Shown here in pieces: positions 12,889 to 26,364 of a stretch of 64,000 bases of DNA (position 1 is its first letter; each line of letters starts with the position of its first letter). The DNA comes from Octopus vulgaris. Taxonomy: Eukaryota. Below the pieces are notes generated by a model. That model was not told where the DNA came from. It saw only the letters and a list, made by a program, of their open reading frames with translations, and searched no databases. The position numbers and the translations under genes were made by a program. The stretch is taken from assembly GCA_951406725.2 (NCBI GenBank), contig OX597838.1, positions 36,022,001 through 36,086,000 on the forward strand. Reading direction: 5' to 3'.

Positions 12889-13462
12889 TGACCCTACAAT
12901 ATCACTGTAAGAATTAACAAGTTACCTCATCAAAATCTCAAAGCTGTGAGATAATAAGCATTACATGTGAGAGAGTTAATCTGAATGCTAAAATCTATCA
13001 ATCAGAAAAACCATGTGCCCTTTAAGGACTTGATAAGTGTTCCTTACAGATATATTAGAAATCCCATAAAAAATCTCGGGTTATTCAACCTTTATTTACA
13101 ATGATTGACTCCAAGAATTGTATTTTGTCTTGAGATCAGAAAACCTTTTAAGTCTATAAATTTCAGTGCAGCATGTAATATAGTATTAAACAATGCACCA
13201 AGTCACCCAACTACACTTTGTAACATGTCAATATGTTAATTTTTGTGGTTTTATTGTTTTTTTTCTCTGTGTTTTTGTTTTTGCACTGAATATGACATTA
13301 TTGTTGCAATCAATAAAGTAGGGAATGACAACTAAATTCAAAACCGGCTGCTTATGAAAAACTATTGCTCAAACAATGGGAAAAACATACAAACCAACAG
13401 AAGACGAGGAAATAAAATACAGCTAACCTGATCGACTTTTGTAAGAATTTTAATATAACAGT

Positions 13463-13650
13463 GAAGGCACATAGCCTAGTGGTTAGGATGTTGCTCTCAC
13501 AATCATGAGGTTGTGGTTTCGATTTCTGACTGGGTAGTGCATTGTCTTCTTAAGCAAGGCACTCTATTTCACATTGCTCCAGTTTATTCAGCTGTAGATT
13601 TGTAACCCTGCTAGAGACTGCCATCCTGGTCAGGGGGAATATTGTAATCT
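13463..13650 (+). mobile_element. SINE-E (CORE-like) diverged copy
   Basis: tRNA head tagcctagtggttagg...ggtttcgatt, then cttaagcaaggcactctatttcacattgctccag. Confidence 0.65.
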
Positions 13651-13729
13651 CAATCATTTTATATGCTATTATTATTATTATTATTATTCCTTTCGGGGTC
13701 AATAAATTAAGTATCATTTGCATACTTGT

Positions 13730-14268
13730 GAAGACCTGTTGAGGCAAGTGAAAATCAAAATCAAAAAATGACAAAATCAAAAATCAAAATCGATCAACAT
13801 GAATGGAAATTGTCGCTGTGATTCAGTGCTGGTGGCACATAAGAGAACCATCCAAACGTGGCCGTTGCCAGTGCCGCCCTAACTGGCTTCCGTGCCAGTG
13901 GCACATAAAAAGCACTATCCGTTCGTGGTCACTTGCCAGCCTCGCCTGGCCTCCGTGCCGGTGGCACGTAAAAAGCACCATCCGTTCGTGGTCACTTGCC
14001 AGCCTCGCCTGGCCTCCGTGCCGGTGGCACGTAAAAAGCACCATCCGTTCGTGGTCGCTTGCCAGCTCCGTCTGGCACCTGTGCGGGTGGCACGTAAAAA
14101 GCACCCACTACACTCACGGAGTGGTTGGCGTTAGGAAGGGCATCCAGCCGTAGAAACACTGCCAGATCTGACTGGGCCTGATGCAGCCTTCCGGCTTCAC
14201 AGACCACAGTTGAACTGTCCAACCCATGCTAGCATGGAAAACGGACGCTAAATGATGATGATGATGAT
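13730..14268 (+). mobile_element. SINE-C, long copy with about 4 internal ~63-bp tandem units
   Basis: gtgccggtggcacgtaaaaagcaccatccgttcgtgg repeated; (GAT)n tail. Confidence 0.85.
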
Positions 14269-14289
14269 TATTATTATTATTATTATTAA

Positions 14290-14465
14290 GAAGGTGGCTA
14301 GATGGCAGAATTGTTAGTACACTGGGCAAAATGCTTAGTGGTATATCGTCTGCCATTACATTCTGAGTTCAAATTCCGCCGAGGTCGACTTTGCCTTTCA
14401 TCCTTTCGGGGTCGATAAATTAAGTGCCAGTTACGCACCAGGATCGATGTAATTGACTTAATCCG
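14290..14465 (+). mobile_element. SINE-B
   Basis: B-box-like gagttcaaattcc, then gtcgactttgcctttcatcctttcggggtcgataaattaag. Confidence 0.8.
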
Positions 14466-14754
14466 TCATATATATTTCTTCTATATAATTCTTGAAGGTG
14501 ATGCCCCAGCATGGCCACAGTTAAATGACTGAAATAATGGAAAAGAGAATCGATGAAATATAAAAATTTATAACGATGTCATATTTACAAAGAAGGCCCC
14601 AAAAAGTGAGGTATGATTAAGTGCAGGAATGGATGTGTGGTTAAGAAGCTTGCTTTGCAACCATGTGGTTTCAGGTTCAGTCCTACTGCACAGTACCTTG
14701 GGAAAATGTCTTCTACTATAGCCCTAGGCCAACAAATACCCTATGTGTGAATTT

Positions 14755-15168
14755 GGTGAGCTGGCAGAAACGTTAGCATGCCGGGCAAAATGCTTAGCGG
14801 TATTTTGTCTGCTGTTACGTTCTGAGTTCAAATTTTGCCGAGGTTGACTTTACTTTTCATCCTTTCAGGGTCGATAAATTAAGTCCCAGTTATGTGCTGG
14901 AGTTGATGTACTCGACTTAATCCGTTTGTCTGTCCTTGTTTGTCCCCTCTGTGTTTAGCCCCTTGTGGGTAGCAAAGAAATAGGTATTTCATCTGCTGTT
15001 ACGTTGAGTTCAAATTCCACCGAGGTCGACTTTGCCTTTCATCCCTTGAGGGTCGATAAATTAAGTACCAGTTATGCACTGGGGTTGATGTAACCCACTT
15101 AATCCCTTTGTCTGTCCTTGTTTGTACCCTCTATGTTTAGCCCCTTGTGAGCAATAAAGAAATAAGAA
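14755..15168 (+). mobile_element. SINE-B plus tandem partial copy, nested in an old SINE-A (14620-15280)
   Basis: Two cores with tails gccccttgtgggtagcaaagaaatag. Confidence 0.8.
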
Positions 15169-15419
15169 ACTATGTGGAAGCCTGTAGCATATATGTGTGT
15201 GTGTGTTTTTCACCATTGCCCTCCTCGCTTGGTTGTTTGTTGGTTACATCCCCATAACTTAGACTTAGCAGTTCAGTGAATGGTACTTACTTCATCAGCC
15301 CCAGACTTGAAGAAGAACATTAAGTAATGGAGTGATTTATTTAGCTAATACCCTTCCAAATGGTTTTCCAGCATGGCTGCTTTCCGTCTGCTTAAACAAT
15401 TTAAAGAAATATTCAATTC

Positions 15420-15442
15420 TCTCTCTCTCTATATATATATAC

Positions 15443-15538
<96 letters not shown>

Positions 15539-15629
15539 ACATATATACATATACATATATATATATACATATACATATATATATACATATACATATACAT
15601 ATATATATATATATATATATAACATATAC

Positions 15630-15703
<74 letters not shown>

Positions 15704-15842
15704 ATACATATATATATATATACATATATATATACATACATATATATATATATACACATACATATATATATATATGTATATATATATGTATATATATATA
15801 TATGTATGTATGTATATATATATATATATATGTGTGTGTGTA

Positions 15843-15900
<58 letters not shown>

Positions 15901-15954
15901 TATATGTATGTATATATATACAGACATATATATATATGTGTGTGTGTATGCATA

Positions 15955-16025
<71 letters not shown>
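15420..16025. repeat. Long (TA)n/(TATG)n microsatellite
   Basis: Direct inspection. Confidence 0.95.
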
Positions 16026-16030
<5 letters not shown>

Positions 16031-16264
16031 ATTTTAGTGTGAGTCAATAAACTCATAAAACATCAAACCATGTCCTCTCTGTTTGTTTCTTTACCATTGA
16101 TTTTCATACACTTTTCTTCTTCTGAAAGGAATTTCATAAAATAATAAAATCATTTTTTTTTTAGAAGTCTAAACATTACTTGGTGATCTTACATATATTT
16201 AGATATTACTGTGTTTTGGAGTACTGCGGTGTTCTTGCGGAATGCATTACTTGCAGATAACCAG

Positions 16265-16395
16265 TGTTTTAGGAAGTTGTGCAGCCACTCTCCAAGTTTT
16301 ACGCCTATGCCGAGACCACGCAGTCTGTGACAAATCATACCGTGGTCGACTTTATGAAAGGCTTTTGCAAAATCGAGATGTATCACATCCACATT
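16265..16395 (-). pseudogene. Non-LTR retrotransposon reverse transcriptase fragment (CR1/L2-like)
   Basis: VDVIHLDFAKAFHKVDHGMICHRLRGLGIGVKLGEWLHNFL matches the RT motif DxxxLDFxKAFDxVxH. Confidence 0.85.
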
Positions 16396-16938
16396 TGAGC
16401 CATTTAGTATATATATATAGCCCCTCTTTCCCTCTCTCTTACCCCCTTCTCTCTCTTACCTTCTTGCGACTTGCTGCCTCGGCCATTCTGTTGCCAACGG
16501 CCGCTTGTTCAACATGTGTCCCCTCACCGAAAAGGTAATTGTTTTTCCACGCTTGCTGATAAATTGTTTTTGTGTCCCCTTTTGTCTCAAAGCCATAGGG
16601 CGCCTGTGTCATCCTTGTTTTTTACCGTTACTGTCTTCAAAAAAGTTTTTTTTTTGTTTCATGTTCGTCTCTGTTGCATTGCATTCTTTCCTTCTGGGGC
16701 TGGCCGATTCAGAGCAGATCTCAGAATTAAACAGCCAAAATTTGCAATGATGAATCGGTTTCTGACTGAAGAATGAAGGCTTTGAATGACCCGTCTGTTT
16801 TTTATGTTCGTCCCTTCGTGTATTTCACGTTATTTATATTTATATATGTAAAGGTTTATTTATTATTATTATCATTATATATATATATATACATATATAT
16901 ATGCATATATATATATACATATATATATATACATATAC

Positions 16939-17000
<62 letters not shown>

Positions 17001-17001
17001 G

Positions 17002-17040
<39 letters not shown>

Positions 17041-17218
17041 ATATATATACAAAATTAGAAAATGGAGAAACATACTTAAATCAATCAAACATCAACCATC
17101 AGATAATACCCGATCAATACTTTATTAAACCATTACATAACAGCAATGACATTATACATAATATAATGTAAATATAATTAGACAAGGAAATAGAAATATA
17201 AAATACAATTATATCATA

Positions 17219-17329
17219 TCTGACAGCTGTTTCGGCCGTGAGGACAAGTATGCCTCATTTAACCTATAAGCCATATAAGGCAGGTATAAATGAGACATTA
17301 ACAAGGATGTCCCACGGCCTCTTCAGAGA
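17219..17329 (-). ncRNA. Type I hammerhead ribozyme-like motif, intact core, extended stem II
   Basis: Minus strand: uCU-CUGAAGA-GGCCGUG...CACGGCC-GAAAC-AGCU-GUC-AGA. Confidence 0.75.
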
Positions 17330-17670
17330 ATTTAATTTAATATAAGTGTAAAAAAAATTTTTTACATATAAATATAAAAATATAAAATATAAAAATTTGT
17401 GCATAGACACTCATAATACTACACATATATATATACACATTAATACAATAATACAAAATAAACAAAATATATCAATATACATTCACAAACACAGTTATTT
17501 TACATATTGGACTCCTAGTTCCATAACTAACCTCAAGGAAAATATATGCACACTCACATTTAAATTTAAATCAGACATATATACATAAAAAAAAATAATA
17601 ATAAAAACACACAGTTCAGTTCATAAAATTATAACCCTACAAAAAGTCAAAAAAATTACTATTAATATTA

Positions 17671-17719
<49 letters not shown>

Positions 17720-17781
17720 CAACCATGACTGTACCAAGTACATCAATCGGACATCTACATATCTATATGTATATATATACA

Positions 17782-17878
<97 letters not shown>

Positions 17879-18429
17879 GTATGTATATATATATATGTAT
17901 GTATATATATATATGTATGTGTATATATTTATATATATGTATATATGAATATATAAATAAATATACAATTATTTTAAAGTTCAGTATACACATAGTAGTA
18001 TGCTAATTAAAGCACATTTGCTGTCTGTGATTACTTGATGTCATCAGTAGCTTGGATATAAATACCACTGGACTTACTCAGGAACTCCTACATGTCGATT
18101 GAGTATATAACAAATATAGTCTCTTTCTCTTAATCTTAGGAATTACATTTTCTTTCATTTGTTACACACACGGAGGTGCTCCAGCATGACTGTGCACATC
18201 AAATTACATAGACAACCAAAAGAGCTGCTAATAGTTGAACAGGCGCATTTATAAATAGGCCATGTATCTTGAAGCAATCTCTCAGGCTCTGTTCTTGCAT
18301 TATATATAATAGTTAAAAACAAGGATACTGGACATCATGAAGAAGTTTTGTGCAAAAATTGGAATGAGAAAAAAGAAACAAAATTAAGAACTACAATCCC
18401 TGTCTTCCCCAATTGCACAGACATTGCTA

Positions 18430-18828
18430 TACTCTTTTACTCTTTTACTTGTTTCAGTCATTTGACTGCGGCCATGCTGGAGCACCGCCTTTAGTCGAGC
18501 AAATCGACCCCAGGACTTATTCTTTTGTAAGCCCAGTACTTATTCTATCGGTCTCTTTTGCCGAACCGCTAAGTGACAGGGACGTAAACACACCAGCATC
18601 GGTTGTCAAGCAAAGCTAGGGGGACAAACACAGACACACAAACACACACGCACATACATATATATACATATATATGACGGGCTTCTTTCAGTTTCCGTCT
18701 ACCAAATCCATTCACAAGGCTTTGGTCGGCCCGAGGCTATAGTAGAAGACACTTGCCCAAGATGCCACGCCTTGACTAAAGGCGGTGCTCCAGCATGGCC
18801 GCAGTCAAAATGACTGAAACAAGTAAAA
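18430..18828 (-). mobile_element. 5'-truncated SINE-A joined to an inverted copy of its own 3' tail (18771-18828)
   Basis: Direct inspection. Confidence 0.85.
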
Positions 18829-19307
18829 AATAAAAAATAAATAAATAAAAAAATAAATACATGTAATGCCAGAGTCCTTGCAGATAATACGAACCAGACA
18901 TCCCATAATCTCTTTACTGGTTAAAAATAGCAGCTAGATTACCCTATTGTTGTAAGAAAAAAAAGGCAAAAGAAAAAGAAAAAAAAAAAGAAAAGTGGAT
19001 GAAATATTGTGAGATATAAAATGTGTTGATGATATAGAAAATGAGGAGACGGCCTGCTGAGAATAGTTTTCATCAGCGTTCTGTTACAACAGAGTTTAAC
19101 AACAACAACAACAAAAACAAATTGTGTGTGTGTGTGTGCATGTGTGTGTGTGTCAGTGTGTGCATGCGCATATGTCAGGCAAAACTGCTGTGTTGTGGTG
19201 CGTGTTGTTTTGATAATTTGTTAAAATAAACAATTGTTTAATTTTGCAAAGAATAATAAAAAATATGTAAGTATGTGTATGCACACATATATGTTTGTGT
19301 GTGTGTC

Positions 19308-20005
<698 letters not shown>

Positions 20006-20276
20006 CATGTAAATTTGTATACATATATGTATTTGTATATAAATGTTCATGTATAGATACATATGTATATGTATGTATACGTATATACATACGACTGTTT
20101 AAATATACGTGCGTGTATGTTTTTGTAATAAATGGATATCAATTAAATATCAAAAATGCATAATCTATTTCAAATTTATGCTAGAATTAACTTCATTTTC
20201 AGATGTCATGGACAGATTAATAATTCAGCCCATGAGGATTACATACACTCGGTTCAATAGTAGAACAATAATAATG

Positions 20277-20320
<44 letters not shown>

Positions 20321-21122
20321 AATAGTAATAACGATAGAAGTAAATAAATACACTTGTCGTGATTATGATACAGAACAGTGGTTCAAAAATTTCTTGTGAC
20401 CTGTGGGAGTGTGGTTATGTATGTGTTCTTTATATGAAAGCTGTGTGTCTTTCATAATAATGATAATAATAATAATAATAATAACAATAACAATAATAAT
20501 AATAATATACAAAATTTCGTAATATATATATATATGTAATAATGTAGTATATATAAAACACACACACGTATATATATATATATATATATAAATGCATATT
20601 TGCACACATATATATACATACATATATATATATATATACATATTTATTTATACACACACACACAGATACAGGCATACACACACATATATATATATACATG
20701 TACACACACACACACACATTAGGGAGAATAAATTGTGCCAGTGGGGGGGGGGGGGGTGTAATACAGTTTCTAGTGTATATATGTGTGTGAGTGTGTGTGT
20801 GTGCGTGTGTGTGTGTGTGTGTGTGCGTGTGTGTGAGACAGAATGGAAGAGAGAGGAGGAAAAAGAAAGAAAGAGAGAAGAAGAGAGAAAGAAAGAGAGA
20901 AAGGAGAGAGAAAGGAAGGGAGAGAGAGAGAGAGTGAGTGGGGCCTGTGGGGTCAACATGGATTTCTGCTAGGTTTTAAAGTTTTTTGGTGATAGGTAAC
21001 TCGGGGTGATAAACAGATGCTAATTAACTAATTAACTCTGATGACTTTTCTCTTCCATCCTTCATCTCTCTCTCTTTCTTCTTCTTCTTCTTCTTCTTGC
21101 ATTCTTCTCTTTGTCTTTTACA

Positions 21123-21172
<50 letters not shown>

Positions 21173-21214
21173 TTGCTTTGCCTCCTTGCTTGTCCCTTTC
21201 TCTCTTTTATATAT

Positions 21215-21265
<51 letters not shown>

Positions 21266-21688
21266 ATGTCTCTCCATCTCTCTTCTCTCCTCAACATTTC
21301 TCTTTCTTTCACTTTATAAGTTCTCTAATACTTTTGTCAGCCTTGCTTTTCTTTCTGTGTCTTCCTCCTTCTTCGTCTCTCTCTCTCTCTCTCTTTCTCT
21401 CTCTTTCTCATTCTCTCTCTTTCTCATTCTCTCTTTTTCTTTTTCTCCTCCCATAAATTCCTCTCTCTTTCATCTCTGTATTTCTTTTTCCCTGTGTGTC
21501 CGTCTCCCTGCCTGTCTCGCTGCTTCTCCTTTCAGCCGTTGTCTCTCTCTCAGGAAAACTTGATTTCTCCACATTATATTGAGATCATTTACAAATATTT
21601 TATAACCACTGATTGCTTATTGATCTGTGATCAAATGGTGCATTAAAAAAAAAAGAGTAACAAATCACTTGGTCACATCTCTCTATGC

Positions 21689-21721
<33 letters not shown>

Positions 21722-21764
21722 TAATAATAATAATAACAATAATAATAATAATAATAACAATAAT

Positions 21765-22071
21765 AGGCACAGGAGTGGCTGTGTGGTAAGTAGCTTGCTA
21801 ACCAACCACATGGTTCCGGGTTCAGTCCCATTGCGTGGCATCTTGGGCAAGTGTCTTCTGCTATAGCCCCGGGCCGACCAATGCCTTGTGAGTGGATTTG
21901 GTAGACGGAAACTGAAAGAAGCCTGTCGTATATATGTGTATATATATATATATATGTATATGTGTGTGAGTGTTTGTGTATGTGTCCCAGGGTCGATTTG
22001 CTCGACTAAAGGTGGTGCTCCAGCATGGCTGCAGTCAAATGACTGAAACAAGTAAAAGAGAGTAAAAGAGT
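21765..22071 (+). mobile_element. SINE-A with internal deletion of the 3' body
   Basis: Jumps from the microsatellite to gtcccagggtcgatttgctcg; preceded by (AAT)n. Confidence 0.85.
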
Positions 22072-22479
22072 AATAATGGTTTCAAATTCAGATAATACAG
22101 ATGGTGCAAGCATGACATGGTTAGGAAGCTTGCTTCCAAACCATCAGGTTTCGGGTTTAGTCCCATGCTGTATAACCTTGGGCAAGTGTCTTCAATTATA
22201 AGCTAAGGCTGACCAAAGCCTTGTGAGTGAATTTGACAGACAAAAAGTAAAAAAAGAGGCTTATTATGTGTATATCTTCATTTAGATGGGAGACGAATTG
22301 GCCCAGTGTTTAGGGCAGCGGACTCGTGGTTGGAGGATCGTGGTTTCGATTCCCAGACTGGACGTTGTGTGTGTTTATACGTGTTTATATATACGTGTGT
22401 GTGTTTTATATATTCTACAATATTACATATATATATATTACGAAAAATTTGTATATTATTATTATTATTGTTATTATTG

Positions 22480-22660
22480 TTATTATTATTATTATTCTAT
22501 GTTTGACTTTTGCTTTATGTTTGTACAAGTTGGCTCCAAGTCTCACCCAGAGACCTCAAGAGACAACAGGTTGGAAGTTCTGTGCCATATATTTGTTTTT
22601 TTTTTCTTTCTTTTTTTTTTGATGTTGTACTAGTGAATGTCTAATACATAAAAAAAAAAA
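22480..22660 (+). repeat. Unclassified interspersed repeat, second copy at about 48020-48200
   Basis: ctatgtttgacttttgc...aagttggctccaagtctcacccagagacctcaag shared between the two copies. Confidence 0.75.
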
Positions 22661-22719
22661 AAAAAAGTTTGTTTTAAACCTTTGGATTACATAGAGAGTA
22701 TTTTTATTATTATTATTAT

Positions 22720-23251
22720 GCTAGCACAAGGCCAGCAATTTCAGGGAAGTAGGGATAGTCTATTACATTGACCCCAGTGTTCAACTGGTACTTATTTTAT
22801 CAACCGTGAAAGAACGAAAGGCAGAGTCAACCTCAGGGGAATTTGAACTCAGAACATAAAAATGGACAAAATGCTCTAAGCATATTGCCCAGTGTGTTAA
22901 CGATTCTGCCAGTTTAATAGTAATAATAATAATAATAATAATTGTTCTACTCTAGGTACAAGGCCTGAAATATAGGGACAAGAGAGTTAACCAATTCTAT
23001 CGATCCTGGTGCTTAGCTGGTACTTTATGTCGATCATGAAATGATGAGAGGCAAAATCAATTGTTGCGGCATCTGAACTCAGAATGTAAAACTAGAAGAG
23101 ATTACATCAACCCCAGCGTTCAACTGGTACTTATTTTATCAATCCCAAAAGAATGAAAGGCATAGTTGAGCTCAGCAGAATTTGAACTCAGAATGTAATA
23201 ACGGACAAAGCATTTCACCCGGTGTACTAACGATTCTGCCAGCTCACTGCC
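22720..23251 (-). mobile_element. Cluster of 2-3 diverged SINE-B copies
   Basis: Repeated ccccagtgttcaactggtacttattttatc...gaatttgaactcagaa. Confidence 0.7.
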
Positions 23252-23480
23252 TTAACCCTTTCGTTACTGTAATAATTTTGAGATGCTCTGTTTTCTTTTA
23301 ATTAATTTTAAATATAACAAAGGATTTAGTGAAATAACTTAGTTATCATTCAGCTAGTGTTAGGAACATAAATTGTGTCTAAGATTTGGTGGAAGATTTT
23401 AATTCAAAACTTATGAAAACAAGACATTTGTACTACAGAGCCAGAGCCGGTTTCAGCTGGGTTGGTATCGAAAGGGTTAA
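23252..23480 (+). mobile_element. piggyBac-type MITE
   Basis: TTAA-CCCTTTCG...CGAAAGGG-TTAA termini, AT-rich non-coding interior. Confidence 0.85.
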
Positions 23481-23503
23481 GAATTGTTTCTCTATTATAT
23501 ATT

Positions 23504-23732
23504 TTAACCCTTTTGTTACCTTATTTCTGTTGAGATGCTCTGTGTTTCTTTCAATTATTTTAAATATAACAAAGAATTTAGTAAAATAACTTATTTATCA
23601 TTCAGCTAGTGTTAGGAACATAAATTGTGACTAAGATTTGGTGGAAGATTTTAATTCAAAACTTAAGAAAACAAGACATTTATACTACAGAGCCAGAGCC
23701 AGTTTCAGCTGGGTTGGTATCGAAAGGGTTAA
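23504..23732 (+). mobile_element. piggyBac-type MITE, second tandem copy
   Basis: TTAA-CCCTTTTG...CGAAAGGG-TTAA; highly similar to the adjacent copy. Confidence 0.85.
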
Positions 23733-23892
23733 GCAAGTAAAAAATATTGAGGATGATGATGTATAAATATATACATAGACATATATCTATACATCAGATA
23801 TCTATCTATATATATATTTGTGCATAAAATTATACATAGGCACTAATACATGTTTATATATGTATATGGATGTATGTATATGTGTATATATT

Positions 23893-24311
23893 ACTCTTTA
23901 CTCTCTCTTTTACTCTTTTACTTGTTTCAGTCATTTGACTGCGGCCATGCTGGAGCACCGCCTTTAGTCGAGCAAATCGACCCCGGGACTTATTCTTTGT
24001 AAGCCCAGTACTTATTCTATCGGTCTCTTTTGCTGGACCGCTAAGTGATGGGGACGTAAACACACCAGCATCGGTTGTCAAGCAATGCTAGGGGGACAAA
24101 CACAGACACACAAACACACACACACATACATATATATATACATATACATATATACGACAGGCTTCTTTCAGTTTCCGTCTACCAAATCCACTCACAAGGC
24201 ATTGGTTGGCCCGGGGCTATAGCAGAAGACACTTGCCCAAGATGCCATGCAGTGGGACTGAACCTGGAACCATGTGGTTGGTAAGCAAGCTACTTACCAC
24301 ACAGCCACTCC
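23893..24311 (-). mobile_element. SINE-A
   Basis: Matches consensus. Confidence 0.9.
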
Positions 24312-24849
24312 TTGTGTGTTTAAATATATATATGCATATCTCTATTTATATATCTATTTATTTTTTAGTCTATCTCTGTGTATCTGTCTGTCTGTCTGTC
24401 TAGCGGGAACAAGAGTACATATGACGAAAATGACCTAAAACTTGCAAATAGTGTTTGGGGGAGGATCAATCAGCTGATGCTAGTGAGTGAATCACCATCA
24501 CACATTCTAACGGACCCTCACTGTCAAGAAGCAAATGCCATCTCCCACATGCGTTCTCTGACCAATACAGATAGACTGATAAAATGCTTGTTAATAATGC
24601 ATTGTGAACTTATCAGAGTGTGAGCAACCAATACCAAAACTATTGGGGCCGTGTAAAGAGATAGAAGTAATTAATATTCCATCTCACCAATCCCAAAAAC
24701 ATTTGCCTGCAACATTTAAAAAGTGCTAATGAATAATGTCCAGTAATATCATTCAGCCACCCACGCATGCACGCACGTATATACAGGGGACACACACACA
24801 CACACACATTCCTTTTTGTGGTTGGACCATATATTTTTGGCTCCCAGAT

Positions 24850-25252
24850 AGGCGCAGCAGTGGCTGTGTGGTAAGTAGCTTGTTTACCAACCACATGGTT
24901 CCAGGTTCAGTCCCACTGCGTGGCATCTTGGGCAAGTGTCTTCTACTATAGCCTCGGACCAACCAAAGCCTTGTGAGTGGATTTGGTAGACGGAAACTGA
25001 AAGAAGCCTGTCGTATATATATATATATATATGTGTATGCATTTGTGTGTCTGTGTTTGTCCCCCTAGCATTGCTTGACAACCGATGCTGGTGTGTTTAT
25101 GTCCCCGTTATTAGCAGTTCGGCAAAAGAGACCAATAGAATAAGTACTGGGCTTACAAAGAATAAGTCCCGGGGTCGAGTTACTCGACTATTTGCGGTGC
25201 TCCAGCATGGCCACAGTCAAAATGACTGAAACAAGTAGAAAGAGTAAAAGAG
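24850..25252 (+). mobile_element. SINE-A
   Basis: Matches consensus. Confidence 0.9.
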
Positions 25253-25807
25253 TATATACATATCCATGTATGCAAGCAAGCTTGATTAAAAAAGCAAATT
25301 CTGTCCTCAGTAATTGAAGTATCACTAATAACAATCTTTAACTTATAAAACCTTATCACAGCAAATACCAGCCATAGCCTCATTCATTTGACTTCTGCTG
25401 GTTATGAAGAATTTGACACCTACTGGAACAGACAGGACCACTGGCTGCTGTTCATTGAGACCTGAGTTGCAATGAAGAGAAACATAGAAATTTAGACAAT
25501 ATCTTGAAAATAAATACTGGCCACTTGAAGCGTAGATGCTTATTGTATAAGTTTAAGTTGTGGTACTGGAAGTGGTTTGAGCTGTTAAACTTGAAGAGCT
25601 GAATAGAAATGTTTTGAAAGTTAGCTATAATCAAACTTGAAAGAGGAGCTGCTAGACTTTTGTGCATGAAAGTCATTTACTGTACACATTTACTGTATCG
25701 AGAGTGTGTCGTTGGTGTCATTAGGTCATCGGTAAAAGAAAAAAAAAAGAAGAAAAATCTGGTATTTTTTTGTAATAGCTTTCTCTGTTCCAAGTTCAAA
25801 TCCTCCT

Positions 25808-26207
25808 ACTCTTTTACTCTTTCCTCTTTTACTTGTTTCAGTCATCTGACTGCGGCCATGCTGGAGCACTGCCTTTAGTCGAGCAAATCGACCCCAGGAC
25901 TTATTCTTTGTAAGTCCAGTACTTATTCTATCGGTCTCTTTTTGCCGAACCGCTAAGTGACGGGGACGTAAACACACCAGCATCGGTTGTCAAGCAATGC
26001 TAGATGGACAAACACACACACATACACATATATATACATATATACGACAGGCTTCTTTGAGTTTCCGTCTACTAAATCCACTCACAAGGCATTGGTCGGC
26101 CCGGGGCTATAGCAGAAGACACTTGCCAAAGATGCCACGCAGTGGGAGTGAACCTGGAACCATGTGGTTGGTTAGCAAGCTACTTACCACACAGCCACTC
26201 CTGCACC
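25808..26207 (-). mobile_element. SINE-A
   Basis: Matches consensus. Confidence 0.9.
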
Positions 26208-26364
26208 TACGGTTACCTCTACACTTCACCCTTCGAGGGATTGCTAAAGTATTTGCTGTGTACTGGGTTGTCATCATCGTTATCATCATCATTGTCCTCC
26301 TCATTCACTTCCTTCTCTGCCTATTACTCCTTTTCCTCCCCCTCCTCCTCTTGTTGTTGTTTTT

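Noticed and set aside
13825-14105. CRISPR-like repeat-spacer appearance
   Set aside because: Spacers are near-identical, the context is a eukaryotic retroposon, and there are no cas genes
16440-16850. Complex sequence with three overlapping ORFs
   Set aside because: No recognisable homology; single copy here, so it cannot be classified (probably a repeat)
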